Origin: a bacterium
Lineage (GTDB): Bacteria; Electryoneota; Electryoneia; Electryoneales; Electryoneaceae
Assembly: GCA_963675295.2 (NCBI GenBank)
Contig: CAXXKJ010000002.1
Location: forward strand, 1,184,001-1,248,000
Direction: 5' to 3'
DNA length: 64,000 nucleotides
Positions 39,819 to 49,169 of the stretch are shown here, piece after piece. Position 1 is the stretch's first letter, and every line of letters begins with the position of its first letter. Below the pieces are notes generated by a model. The model saw only the letters and a list, made by a program, of their open reading frames with translations. It was not told where the DNA came from and searched no databases. The position numbers and the translations under genes were made by a program.

Positions 39819-40042
39819 GGGGGGACCTCCCTGAGTTGTGGAAGATGCTGATGAACGGCACCTTGCAAGGTAAAGGTGATGGAGTTGCAGATGGACACCC
39901 GGTTTAGCACGAGACGCCTGAAAGCAAACAGAGGTTTCAGCCGGCTCGGGTGAAGGGTTTCCAATGGTGCGAATGCGGACCACCATGCGTACACTCCACC
40001 GCCCATTGGTTCGCATCCACGAACGGTTGTCCTGAGTCGTCA

Positions 40043-41233
40043 ATGTCCGTCCGAAATCCATTCTGGTGCAAGCTTTCGCTACTGCTCACATCCAGCCTGA
40101 CGATCATGGCTGGGGCGACGATTGCGGCATCTTTGCCCAGCATCCAGCGTGCGTTCACGGATACCCCTCATGTCGAGCTGCTGACCCGGTTGGCGATTAC
40201 CATGCCCGCATTGGCGATTGCGTTATTGTCCCCGGTGTCTGGCTGGTTTGTGGACCGTTTCGGACGAACCCGCTTCCTCTACATCGGTATGGTTCTGTAC
40301 GGTATCGCCGGCGTCGCGGGTGGGTTGGTAAACGACCTGTACCTGTTGCTGGCGTTCCGGCTGCTGCTCGGTGTTGCGGTGTCGATGAGCATGACCAGCG
40401 TGCTGACCTTGATCGGGGACTACTTCGAGGGAGCGGAGCGATCCAGCTTCCTCGGGCTGCAGGCGGCGTTCATGGGCTTCGGCGGGGTGCTGTTTATCAC
40501 GGCCGGCGGCTGGCTGGCGGACATCAGCTGGCGCGGACCGTTCTTCCTCTATGGAGCGGCGTTCCTCTTCCTGCCGCTGACGATGTGGGCGTTGCACGAA
40601 CCGACGCAGGCGGAACGTGAACACCGTCCCGCTCCAGGGCACCAGGCTGTTGCCGATGCTCCAGACAGCCTGAACAAACCATTGGCGATTTTCAACTACG
40701 CGGTGCTCGTGCTGATGTTCGTGGTGATGTATGCCATTCCGACACAGGTCCCGTTCATCGTCGAGAAAAAGTTCGCGGTCAGCAGCACGTGGGTCGGGCT
40801 GGTGGTCGCCGCGTTGCCGCTCAGCTCGGCGTTCAGCTCGCTGATGTACCCGAACGTGAAGCGCCGCAACAGCTACCTTGGCGTGTACGGTATTGTGTTC
40901 TTCTTCGCCGGGATCGGTTACCTCAGTTTCAGCTACGCACCCAGCCCCATATTCGCAATGATTTCGCTGCTGATTGTCGGGCTTGGTATGGGCATGCTGA
41001 TGCCGAACGGGTCGGTATGGCTGATGGACATCTCGCCGATGAACATGCGCGGGCGTGTGATGGGTGGCATGACGACATCCGTCTTCCTCGGCCAGTTCAT
41101 CAGTCCGTTTGTCACCCAGCCGGTGATCAGCGGTCTCGGCCCGGATCGGGCGTTCCAGGTTCTTGGCGCGGCGTTGATTGTCGCCGTCGGGCTGACGTTG
41201 CTCTCCACCGCATTGTTCCGCCGCTGGAGTTAG
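40043..41233 (+). CDS. MFS transporter
   Basis: About 12 TM segments, GWFVDRFGR motif A, RLLLG. Confidence 0.9.
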   Translation: MSVRNPFWCKLSLLLTSSLTIMAGATIAASLPSIQRAFTDTPHVELLTRLAITMPALAIALLSPVSGWFVDRFGRTRFLYIGMVLYGIAGVAGGLVNDLYLLLAFRLLLGVAVSMSMTSVLTLIGDYFEGAERSSFLGLQAAFMGFGGVLFITAGGWLADISWRGPFFLYGAAFLFLPLTMWALHEPTQAEREHRPAPGHQAVADAPDSLNKPLAIFNYAVLVLMFVVMYAIPTQVPFIVEKKFAVSSTWVGLVVAALPLSSAFSSLMYPNVKRRNSYLGVYGIVFFFAGIGYLSFSYAPSPIFAMISLLIVGLGMGMLMPNGSVWLMDISPMNMRGRVMGGMTTSVFLGQFISPFVTQPVISGLGPDRAFQVLGAALIVAVGLTLLSTALFRRWS

Positions 41234-41285
41234 AGTTACCTGTCGGGGTATCACTCCGAAAGGAATGCAGGGAACTGAGGAAGAT

Positions 41286-41310
41286 CCCAGACATGAATGT
41301 CTGGGGCATG
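41286..41310 (-). repeat. REP-like hairpin, family A
   Basis: CCCAGACATGAATGTCTGGGGCATG, identical to 13260-13284. Confidence 0.85.
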
Positions 41311-41362
41311 AGGAGCAACATGTGATTTGAATCCGGCACGATCGTGAAGCTTGAGGGAAACC

Positions 41363-42013
41363 ATGACGTTGCACATGGCGCATGAACTGCTGCTGCTCGC
41401 GTTAAAGGATGACAAGGGGACGTTGGCCGTGGATTCGGACCAGCTCCGGGTCGGGTTGGTCGGTGCATTGCTGGTGGAGTGGCTGCTCGAGGGCCGGCTG
41501 GCGGTTGAGGACAAGAAGGTGGTCGTGCGGAACGAGTCCATGCACCCCGATCCGGTGCAGGAGTCGATCCTGGCTGTCATCCGTGACCGTCAGAAGCCGC
41601 GATCATTGAAGGAGTGGGTGGAACACCTGTCAGAGAAGTTCCCCCGGTTGATCCGCGACCTGGAAAACGATCTCGTCGCCGCCGGAATTCTGCGCCATGA
41701 ATCCGGCAAGGTGCTGTGGGTGTTCCCGCAGCACACGTATCCAACCAGCGATCCGTCACCGGAACTGGCGATTCGCCGCCGGATCGACGACGTCGTGCTC
41801 GCCGGGTCATCGCCTGACGCACGAACGGCGGCGTTGATTTCCATCGCGCTGGCCTGTGACCTCCAGGGCGAACTGTTTGACAAGAGCGTCAAGCGGGAAG
41901 CGGTAAAGCGGGCCAGGGAAGTCGCGAAGTCGAGCGAAGGGTCGGTCGTTGGGCAGGTGATTGAAGAGATGAACGTAGCGCTGGCGATGATCATCGTGGT
42001 CGCGGCGAGCTAG
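41363..42013 (+). CDS. GPP34 (GOLPH3/Vps74-like) family protein
   Basis: ELLLLAL.DDKG...GALLVE...L...GIL...KVLWVFP..TYP...PDARTAALI; start could be 41351. Confidence 0.8.
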   Translation: MTLHMAHELLLLALKDDKGTLAVDSDQLRVGLVGALLVEWLLEGRLAVEDKKVVVRNESMHPDPVQESILAVIRDRQKPRSLKEWVEHLSEKFPRLIRDLENDLVAAGILRHESGKVLWVFPQHTYPTSDPSPELAIRRRIDDVVLAGSSPDARTAALISIALACDLQGELFDKSVKREAVKRAREVAKSSEGSVVGQVIEEMNVALAMIIVVAAS

Positions 42014-42218
42014 TGTTGGGTTTCAGCCGGTACCGGCAGACCACCCTGTATTCGCTGGACATCGTGCGTCGAAACCGGGCCTCGCGACTGGGCGGTTGAG
42101 CGTGCTCGCCGAAACATTGCCCCTTGCTCAGAGGACTCAAACTCGGCATTTTGCTTTTTCGCCCGGATTTCTCAGTTCCGGGTGCGATGGGTGATACTAT
42201 CCGACCGGGGACGTAGAG

Positions 42219-43304
42219 GTGGACTGGGGCTGGTACGTACTGATCGCGGTACTTGTCCCGCTCGCACTCCCGCTGTTTGTCCCGTTGATTGTGCGTGTAC
42301 GTGCGACCAGCGAGACCCGGGAGTTCGAGTACGCTGTCGCGCTCGGTCCATTTGCGTTGCTGCCCGATCTCGGCGACAACCTTGACCGCTACAAGCGCTC
42401 GGTGGGACGTCCCCTCTACTACATCACCCGTCCGATTGTGTGGCTGTTCAAGCTGATCGTGATCCTGCTGCGCATCCTCACCTGGCCGATCCGGGCGCTG
42501 CTGCGGTTGCGCCGTGGAAAACGAGACGCGACACCCTACGAACCCCCACGCGAGGAACCCGCGCCGAAGCAGATCGCGCACGAGACGAAGCCGCCGTCGG
42601 ACGAACCCGACTCCACTGTCTTCCATTTTGATGGCGAAGAAGGCGGTGACGACTCGACCCGACGCGACGCGGATTCAGCGGAACCGTCTGATCCGGAGGA
42701 ATCACCCGCCAAGCCCGCCGGTCCGTCCGAGACGCCGTCCGATTGGAAACGTGAGGACGATCTGTTTGGCGAGGAAGACACGGGAACGGGCTGGTCCGGC
42801 TCCGGGGATGATGCATCGTCCGGCAAGGACAGCGGCACCGGCAAACAGAAGAAGGGTTGGAGCGGTTTGCCGAAGATCCCGCTGCGGGCGATGATGGCGA
42901 AGGCCAGGGACGGTCTCGCAAAGGCGCGTGAGCTATACACGAAGTATGGCCGCACCGGCAAGCGGATGCTGCGGGCAATCCTGCTGTTCGGGAAGGAATG
43001 CTTGCAGGCGCTGAATTTCCGCACGTTCCAGCTTCACTGGTCAACCGGCGGTGATCCGGCGGCATTGGGGCAGATCCTCGGCTGGCACTATACATTGACC
43101 GGCGTGCTCGATCCGCGCGTGCAGAAGCACGTCCATTTTGACCCGGATTGGAACTCCGAACAGCTCGCACCGAGCGGCACGGCGCATGTGATCCTGTACA
43201 TTTGGCCGTATCGTTTCATTCCGCCCGTCATGCGGCTCCTGTTCCGCATGCCGTGGTGGGGCTTGATCCGCGTGGCGCGAGAGCAGATACTCAAGCGATC
43301 TTGA
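42219..43304 (+). CDS. Hypothetical protein (YtfI/DUF2953-like) with long acidic disordered insert
   Basis: N-terminal TM, central D/E/S/P/G-rich region, C-terminal GDPAALG..G motif; directly upstream of a ytfJ-like gene. Confidence 0.55.
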   Translation: MDWGWYVLIAVLVPLALPLFVPLIVRVRATSETREFEYAVALGPFALLPDLGDNLDRYKRSVGRPLYYITRPIVWLFKLIVILLRILTWPIRALLRLRRGKRDATPYEPPREEPAPKQIAHETKPPSDEPDSTVFHFDGEEGGDDSTRRDADSAEPSDPEESPAKPAGPSETPSDWKREDDLFGEEDTGTGWSGSGDDASSGKDSGTGKQKKGWSGLPKIPLRAMMAKARDGLAKARELYTKYGRTGKRMLRAILLFGKECLQALNFRTFQLHWSTGGDPAALGQILGWHYTLTGVLDPRVQKHVHFDPDWNSEQLAPSGTAHVILYIWPYRFIPPVMRLLFRMPWWGLIRVAREQILKRS

Positions 43305-43323
43305 ATCTCAGGAGATAGCAAGC

Positions 43324-43770
43324 ATGGAAAGCCAGGCGCAGAAATTGATCGAGGGTCTGCTCGACAAGGCCCGTGACATTGCGCGCAGTGAGACAGTCAT
43401 TGGCGAGCCGATCACGTTCCGGAATGTGCTCGTGTTGCCGGTGGTGAAGATTTCCATCGGTTTCGGTGCGGGTGGTGGCCAGGGCGGTGAAGGCGGCAAG
43501 GGAAGTGGTTCCGGCGGTGGTGGCGGCGGTGGTATTCGTGTCGAACCGACTTGCTTCCTCGTGCATGACGGCCACAACGTGCGCGTTCTGCCGGCCACAC
43601 CGGCCAAGGGCAAGGGCGTGGACGCATTGATCGAGAAGCTGCCCGACCTGATGACGTACGCGATGGACAGCTTGCGTGGATCGGGTGACGAAATGGACGA
43701 TGACGGTCCGGCCGAAGCGCCACGCAAAGGTGCCGCGCCGGTGGACAACGCCGCTGACGACAACCGCTAG
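43324..43770 (+). CDS. GerW/YtfJ-family protein
   Basis: ETVIGEPI...LPVVKISIGFGAGGG...GGGGG..VEP..FLV...IEKLPDL. Confidence 0.85.
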   Translation: MESQAQKLIEGLLDKARDIARSETVIGEPITFRNVLVLPVVKISIGFGAGGGQGGEGGKGSGSGGGGGGGIRVEPTCFLVHDGHNVRVLPATPAKGKGVDALIEKLPDLMTYAMDSLRGSGDEMDDDGPAEAPRKGAAPVDNAADDNR

Positions 43771-43784
43771 CCACGGGAGCGCTT

Positions 43785-44891
43785 GTGCCTGACTTCGCCC
43801 CCGGCGTGCTCTCGGACCGGCAGATCAAGCAACTGGTCGCCAGCGAGGCGATCCAGTCACCGGCACCGTTGGAGCCGGGGCAGTACCAACCGAACAGCAT
43901 CGACTTGCGGCTGGGCACGGTGGCGTACCGTGTCCGCTGCAGTTTCCTTCCGCAGGACAGCACCGTCCAGGAACGGCTGCAATCGCTGGAGATGTATAGC
44001 TTCAGCCTTGAGTTTGATGGTGCGGTGCTCGAACGCGGGCAGACGTACCTCATTCCGTTGCAGGAACACCTGCATTTACCACCTGAAATCCGTGCGAAGG
44101 CGAATCCGAAGTCGTCCACCGGGCGGCTCGATGTGTTCACCCGCATGCTCAGCGACCACAGCCACCGGTTTGAAGAGGTGGCGGCGGGGTATTCCGGTCC
44201 GCTGTACCTTGAGGTCTTTCCGCGCACGTTTCCGATCAAAGTCCAGGCGGGGCAATCGCTGAACCAGCTGCGGTTCTTCAACGGGGACGCCGAACTGTCC
44301 GACGCCGAACTGTCCGCGCAGGTCGACACCTATCCGCTGCTCTATACCGACGCTGGCGAAGCCCTGTCGGTGGTGGACCATCACGTTGAAAACGGCCTCT
44401 TCATGGGTATCGATCTGCTCGGCAATGGGGATGGCATCATCGGGTATCGCGCGCAACGTCACAGCGAGGTGATCGACCTCGCCGGAATCGGCCGCTATGA
44501 TATGCGCGACTTCTGGGAGCCGGTCGAGGCGCCGGGCGAACGTCCGCTGATTCTGGAGCCGGAAGAGTTCTATTTGTTCGCTTCGGCGCAACGTGTTGCG
44601 GTGCCTCCGGAGCTGTCTGCGGAGATGGTTCCGTACGATACGGCCAGCGGAGAGCTGCGCACTCATTATGCCGGATTTTTTGACAGTGGGTTTGGCTGGG
44701 CTGAGCCCCGCGGGGCCCGGGTAGTGCTTGAAGTACGAAGCCATGACGTGCCTTTTCAGGTGACTCACGGCCAGCGGTTCTTCCGGCTAAACTTCCAACG
44801 GAACAGCGAAATCCCTGAATCATTGTATGGTGGGGCAGGTTCTCATTATCAGTCTCAGGGGTTGGCGTTGTCGAAGCATTTTCGGGTGTAA
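43785..44891 (+). CDS. dcd: dCTP deaminase (long, two-domain type)
   Basis: QPNSIDLRLG, ANPKSSTGRLDVFTR, LNQLR, HYAGFFDSGFG, VLEVR, YQSQGL. Confidence 0.9.
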   Translation: MPDFAPGVLSDRQIKQLVASEAIQSPAPLEPGQYQPNSIDLRLGTVAYRVRCSFLPQDSTVQERLQSLEMYSFSLEFDGAVLERGQTYLIPLQEHLHLPPEIRAKANPKSSTGRLDVFTRMLSDHSHRFEEVAAGYSGPLYLEVFPRTFPIKVQAGQSLNQLRFFNGDAELSDAELSAQVDTYPLLYTDAGEALSVVDHHVENGLFMGIDLLGNGDGIIGYRAQRHSEVIDLAGIGRYDMRDFWEPVEAPGERPLILEPEEFYLFASAQRVAVPPELSAEMVPYDTASGELRTHYAGFFDSGFGWAEPRGARVVLEVRSHDVPFQVTHGQRFFRLNFQRNSEIPESLYGGAGSHYQSQGLALSKHFRV

Positions 44892-45048
44892 GGCCCCCCG
44901 AACCGGAGCTGTGGAGTCGGATGAGGCCTCCCCTCCGAACGTCCTCATACTTCTTACTTACGACGGTGCCAGGTTGTGAGGAATTTGGAGTCATCCTCAC
45001 ATCGCTGTAACAGGTTAAAATTACGATCTCCAGATTAATCAAGCAGAT

Positions 45049-45096
45049 ACACAATATCTAGTGCACGTTTCTAATCTGAACCTCACGATCTGGTGC
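45049..45096 (+). promoter_or_regulatory. Tandem NrdR boxes
   Basis: ACACAATATCTAGTGC (45049-64) and degenerate CCTCACGATCTGGTGC (45081-96), starts 32 nt apart, matching acaCwAtATaTwGtgt upstream of an RNR gene. Confidence 0.75.
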
Positions 45097-45127
45097 TTGG
45101 AGAAAATAATTCACCACCAGATCATGC

Positions 45128-45156
45128 TTGACAAGCAAGAAGTGACCGTCTATCTT
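45128..45156 (+). promoter_or_regulatory. Sigma-70-type promoter
   Basis: TTGACA-17 nt-TATCTT, immediately downstream of the NrdR boxes. Confidence 0.65.
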
Positions 45157-45635
45157 GTCGGGCGTCTTCAGGCACGGGACAACGGAATGTGAGGAGAATC
45201 CGGGAAGGGTTCGGCTCATGTTCGCAAGGGGCTCTAGATCGTTGCGAGGGGAGGAGGATTGGGCCGGTTGAATTGCCACCAGCTGCGCCGCGCGGTCCAC
45301 CCACCCAGGAAGATGGTACGATTGGACACGTACCATGTCGTAGTTCCACCTGGTAGCATCTAAAGAGTTGTAACTAAAGAACTTTCAAAAGGATTATATC
45401 CTTTGACGGGGACCTCGCTCTCTCACTTGACGACGCGTTTTCGCGCATGTAGCCAACGCGAAGTCAGTATTTGGCAGGTTCCGGATTTCAGCGTCTAGCG
45501 ACGTCGCTATGGCGCGAAATCGAGTCGTTGTACGTGTGGTCATGAGTAGGATTTCCGGCCAGTCAAACAGAAAAATTTGCACTCGGTCGCATTCAACATA
45601 CAAACGTTTCCACTTCTTGTTGCTGAGGAGGCCCA

Positions 45636-48600
45636 ATGGCGGTTGATACGAACGTCGCAGCGCGTCACAAGGACGCTATAGATGAAGGTAAGTCCTTGAT
45701 CGGGCTAGAGTTTGATCATTTCTTCAGCCGTCCGAACAGCCACCCCTACGATGATATCGAGTGGACGAAGCGCGACGCCTCGATCATCAATGAAAAGGGA
45801 GAGGTGGTTTTCGAGCAGAAGGATCTGGAAATTCCCGAACACTTTTCGCAGCTCGCGACAAACGTTGTAGTGTCCAAATATTTCAAGGGCAAAATGGGCA
45901 GCCCGGAGCGTGAAGCCAGCCTGAAGCAGGTGGTGGGGCGCGTTGCGGACACAATCGCCGACTGGGGTCAAAAGGATAACTATTTTGCATCTGAGGAAGA
46001 CGGAGATGTTTTCCGTAGGGAATTGACAAGTCTTCTTGTCAATCAGGTGATGGCATTTAACAGCCCTGTCTGGTTCAATGTCGGGGTTGAGGATCACCCG
46101 CAGTGCAGTGCGTGCTTCATCAACAGCGTCGAGGATACGATGGAATCAATCCTCGAGCTGGCAAAGACCGAGGGCATGCTGTTCAAGTATGGTTCAGGCG
46201 CGGGCGTGAACCTGAGCCCGTTGCGTGGGTCGAACGAAGGCATGACGCACGGCGGTCAGGCCTCCGGCCCGGTCAGCTTCATGCGCGGCTACGACGCGTT
46301 CGCCGGTGTCATTAAATCGGGTGGCAAGACCCGGCGCGCGGCGAAGATGGTCATGCTCAATATTGACCACCCGGACATTGAGGAGTTCATCGAGTGCAAG
46401 TCGAAGGAGGAGTTGAAGGCGAAGGCGCTGATCGCCCAGGGGTATGATTCCAGCTTCAACGGCGAGGCCTACGGTTCCGTCTTCTTCCAGAATGCGAATC
46501 ACAGCGTTCGCGTCACCGACGAGTTCATGAAGGCGGTGGAGCAGGACGATGTGTTCATGACGCGGTCGGTGCTGGCACCGCATGATCCGGTTGCGACCTA
46601 TCCCGCGCGCGATCTGCTGAACAAGATCGCAGAAAATGCATGGCTCACCGGCGACCCGGGGATTCAGTTCGATTCCACGATCAACGACTGGCACACCTGT
46701 CCGCGAACGGATCGCATTCACGGGAGCAACCCGTGCAGCGAATACATGTTCCTCAACAACAGCGCGTGTAATCTCGCCAGCTTGAACCTGATGAAGTTCC
46801 GGCGGGAAGATGGCAAGTTTGACGTTGAGGCGTATCGAAACGCGGTCCGTGTCACCATAACCGCGATGGAGATTATCGTTGGGAACGCCTCGTACCCGAC
46901 GAAGCAGATCGAGAAAAACAGTCACGATTTTCGTCCCCTCGGTCTCGGCTACGCCAATCTCGGCGCGCTGCTGATGAGCCTTGGGATGCCGTACGACAGC
47001 GACGAAGGCCGTGCGTACGCCGCCAGCGTCACCGCGTTAATGCACGGCGAGGCGTATCGCACCTCCGCCGAACTCGCGGAAGCAAAGGGCCCGTTCAAAG
47101 GCTTCACGAAGAATCGCCGGCCGATGATGCGTGTGATTCGCAAGCACGCGAACGCGGTCGACAAGATCGACTCCAGCCTCGTCCCGCCGTACATGATCGA
47201 CGAAGTCGAGAACGTTTACGACGAAATGATCCAGCTCGGCGAACGTCACGGTTTCCGCAACGCGCAGGCGACAGTACTTGCGCCGACCGGTACGATTTCG
47301 TTCATGATGGACTGCGACACGACCGGCATTGAGCCGGACATCATGCTGGTGAAGACGAAGAAGCTGGTCGGTGGTGGTTCGCTGCAGATTGTCAACCGTA
47401 CCGTTCCGTTGGCGCTGAAGCAGCTCGGCTATTCGGAGAGCCAGGTCAAGAAGATCGTCGAGTATGTCGATGAGCATCACCACATCGGCGGCGCGCCGGG
47501 TCTCAAGGATGAGCATCTGCCGGTATTTGACTGCGCGCTGGATGTCGGAGGCCGCAGCATTCACTACATGGGCCATGTCAAGATGATGGGTGCGGTGCAG
47601 CCGTTCCTCTCCGGCGCCATCAGCAAGACGGTCAACATGCCGCACGAAGCCACAGTCGACGACATCAAGACCGTCTACCGTGAATCGTGGAAGCTGGGCA
47701 TCAAGGCCATTGCGATCTACCGCAACGGTTGCAAGAGCGACGAACCGATCAGCAACGGCAAGCAGGCGAAGGCGGCCGTGGTCGAAGGTCCGGTCGAGAA
47801 AATCGTCTACAAGCCGCACCGGCGGAAGCTGCCGGACGAGCGCCAGGCGATCACGCACAAGTTCAGCATCGGTGGCTATGAAGGCTACATCACAGCCGGT
47901 TTGTATGAGGACGGCCAGCCGGGCGAGATCTTCATCGTCATGTCGAAGGAAGGCTCGTTCATTTCGGGGCTGATGGACTCGTTCGCGACCTCGATCTCGA
48001 TTGCGCTGCAGTACGGCGTGCCGCTGCAGGTGCTGACGCGCAAATTCATCCACACCCGTTTCGAGCCGAACGGCTTCACCGGCAACAAGGAGATTCCCAT
48101 CGCGCACTCGGTGATGGACTATGTCTTCCGCTGGTTGTCGCTGAAGTTCCTCCCGCCGGACAACGCCGGGCAGGAGCAGCTATTCAACGATCCGGACGAT
48201 CCGGAAGGCGACGGCGGCTTCGACGTTGACAACGGTGGCGGCGGCCAGGTCTCCGGCAGCGGATCGGGTGGCTCAAGCGGTGGTTCCGCGGGCAACGGCG
48301 GCCCGACAGCCCGGGCAAACGGCGTCAAGACCAACGGCAACGGCAAGGGTGGACTGTTCAACCTGCACACCAACCGTGACGGCAAAGTCGTGCTCAAGTT
48401 CAATGGCAACGGCAATGGCAAAAAGAAGTCGCTGAATGATGCCCCGCAGAACGGTTTGACCAACGGTCATACCGGCAGCCACGGAAACGGCCACAGCCAT
48501 GGAAACGGCAATGGATTTGGCAGCGCGTTGGAGGAGGATTTCAACCTGCTTCCGCCGACGCCGGACATGAAGGATGATGACGATTGGGCGTCCAACGATC

Positions 48601-48728
48601 TGTTGCAACCGTCCTTCCAGCAGGTGAACGACGACACGCCGATGTGCCCGGAATGTGGCAGCACCACCATTCGGAACGGTTCGTGCCACACCTGCACCAC
48701 CTGCGGCGCGACGACCGGGTGCGGATGA
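45636..48728 (+). CDS. nrdJ: Class II (adenosylcobalamin-dependent) ribonucleotide reductase with TSCPD domain and C-terminal Zn ribbon
   Basis: FNSPVWFN, SACFI, NPCSEY (thiyl Cys), APTGTI, GAISKTVN, C-terminal CPECG...CTTCGATTGCG; RBS GAGGAGG. Confidence 0.95.
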   Translation: MAVDTNVAARHKDAIDEGKSLIGLEFDHFFSRPNSHPYDDIEWTKRDASIINEKGEVVFEQKDLEIPEHFSQLATNVVVSKYFKGKMGSPEREASLKQVVGRVADTIADWGQKDNYFASEEDGDVFRRELTSLLVNQVMAFNSPVWFNVGVEDHPQCSACFINSVEDTMESILELAKTEGMLFKYGSGAGVNLSPLRGSNEGMTHGGQASGPVSFMRGYDAFAGVIKSGGKTRRAAKMVMLNIDHPDIEEFIECKSKEELKAKALIAQGYDSSFNGEAYGSVFFQNANHSVRVTDEFMKAVEQDDVFMTRSVLAPHDPVATYPARDLLNKIAENAWLTGDPGIQFDSTINDWHTCPRTDRIHGSNPCSEYMFLNNSACNLASLNLMKFRREDGKFDVEAYRNAVRVTITAMEIIVGNASYPTKQIEKNSHDFRPLGLGYANLGALLMSLGMPYDSDEGRAYAASVTALMHGEAYRTSAELAEAKGPFKGFTKNRRPMMRVIRKHANAVDKIDSSLVPPYMIDEVENVYDEMIQLGERHGFRNAQATVLAPTGTISFMMDCDTTGIEPDIMLVKTKKLVGGGSLQIVNRTVPLALKQLGYSESQVKKIVEYVDEHHHIGGAPGLKDEHLPVFDCALDVGGRSIHYMGHVKMMGAVQPFLSGAISKTVNMPHEATVDDIKTVYRESWKLGIKAIAIYRNGCKSDEPISNGKQAKAAVVEGPVEKIVYKPHRRKLPDERQAITHKFSIGGYEGYITAGLYEDGQPGEIFIVMSKEGSFISGLMDSFATSISIALQYGVPLQVLTRKFIHTRFEPNGFTGNKEIPIAHSVMDYVFRWLSLKFLPPDNAGQEQLFNDPDDPEGDGGFDVDNGGGGQVSGSGSGGSSGGSAGNGGPTARANGVKTNGNGKGGLFNLHTNRDGKVVLKFNGNGNGKKKSLNDAPQNGLTNGHTGSHGNGHSHGNGNGFGSALEEDFNLLPPTPDMKDDDDWASNDLLQPSFQQVNDDTPMCPECGSTTIRNGSCHTCTTCGATTGCG

Positions 48729-48734
48729 TTCGTG

Positions 48735-48776
48735 GAGCTGTGAGTTGCGAGCTCTAAACTGTGAACTGTGAGTCTA
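48735..48776 (+). repeat. Heptamer tandem repeat (GAGCTGT-like x6)
   Basis: gagctgt gagttgc gagctct aaactgt gaactgt gagtcta. Confidence 0.6.
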
Positions 48777-48783
48777 TCCTGAT

Positions 48784-48815
48784 GTGGCCGTGTCTGATAG
48801 CAGACCGGCCACTTT
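48784..48815 (+). terminator. Terminator after nrdJ
   Basis: GTGGCCG-TGTCTG/CAGAC-CGGCCAC stem followed by TTT. Confidence 0.65.
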
Positions 48816-48847
48816 CATCTCAAGTGGCGACTTTTTAACCTCAATCT

Positions 48848-49131
48848 GTATGCCCCGACCGCAGAAGAACTAGTCGGGATCACATCACTGTGGCATGCGA
48901 CCGTCAGAGTACATCCGTTTTCCGCATCTTCCGTGTCCGCACCTTTTGCGACACGGCCACACCATTGCGGCATGCCCTCGGGCTTCAGCCCGGGATTCGC
49001 TACGGTTCAAGTAATCACCGCACTCACGCCCTCGGACTTCAGTCCGGGGTACGCCGCCTGCGTTTGCAAGCCAACACGGTCACCTTATCTTCCAGTGCCC
49101 AGAGCATGTGCCCCAGACATTCATGTCTGGG
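48848..49131 (+). repeat. REP-like mosaic: B (48848-48881), C (48971-48995, 49025-49049), A (49107-49131)
   Basis: Four hairpins in the same orientation, each starting YGCCC; family C = CATGCCCTCGGGCTTCAGCCCGGG. Confidence 0.8.
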
Positions 49132-49169
49132 ATTGTCCACAGCCCAAACTTCATAGTCCGAGACCATCC

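Noticed and set aside
45157-45635. Cobalamin riboswitch upstream of nrdJ
   Set aside because: I could not find the ordered hallmarks (GGGAA..GGTG, CCCGCxACTGT, GCCACTG, AGxCAG); only an isolated GGGAAGG
48185-48530. Intein in NrdJ
   Set aside because: The insert is low-complexity and lacks the N-terminal Cys/Ser block and the His-Asn-Cys/Ser/Thr splice junction
48848-49131. Possible CRISPR array (clustered palindromic repeats)
   Set aside because: Repeats belong to different families, spacing is irregular, and there are no cas genes in the window
48933-49169. N-terminal extension of RmuC in the ORF track (similar extensions for 7921-8727, 9647-10159, 38586-40061, 25346-26572)
   Set aside because: The extensions read through repeats or promoter DNA; downstream ATGs give proper signal/TM starts, usually with an RBS
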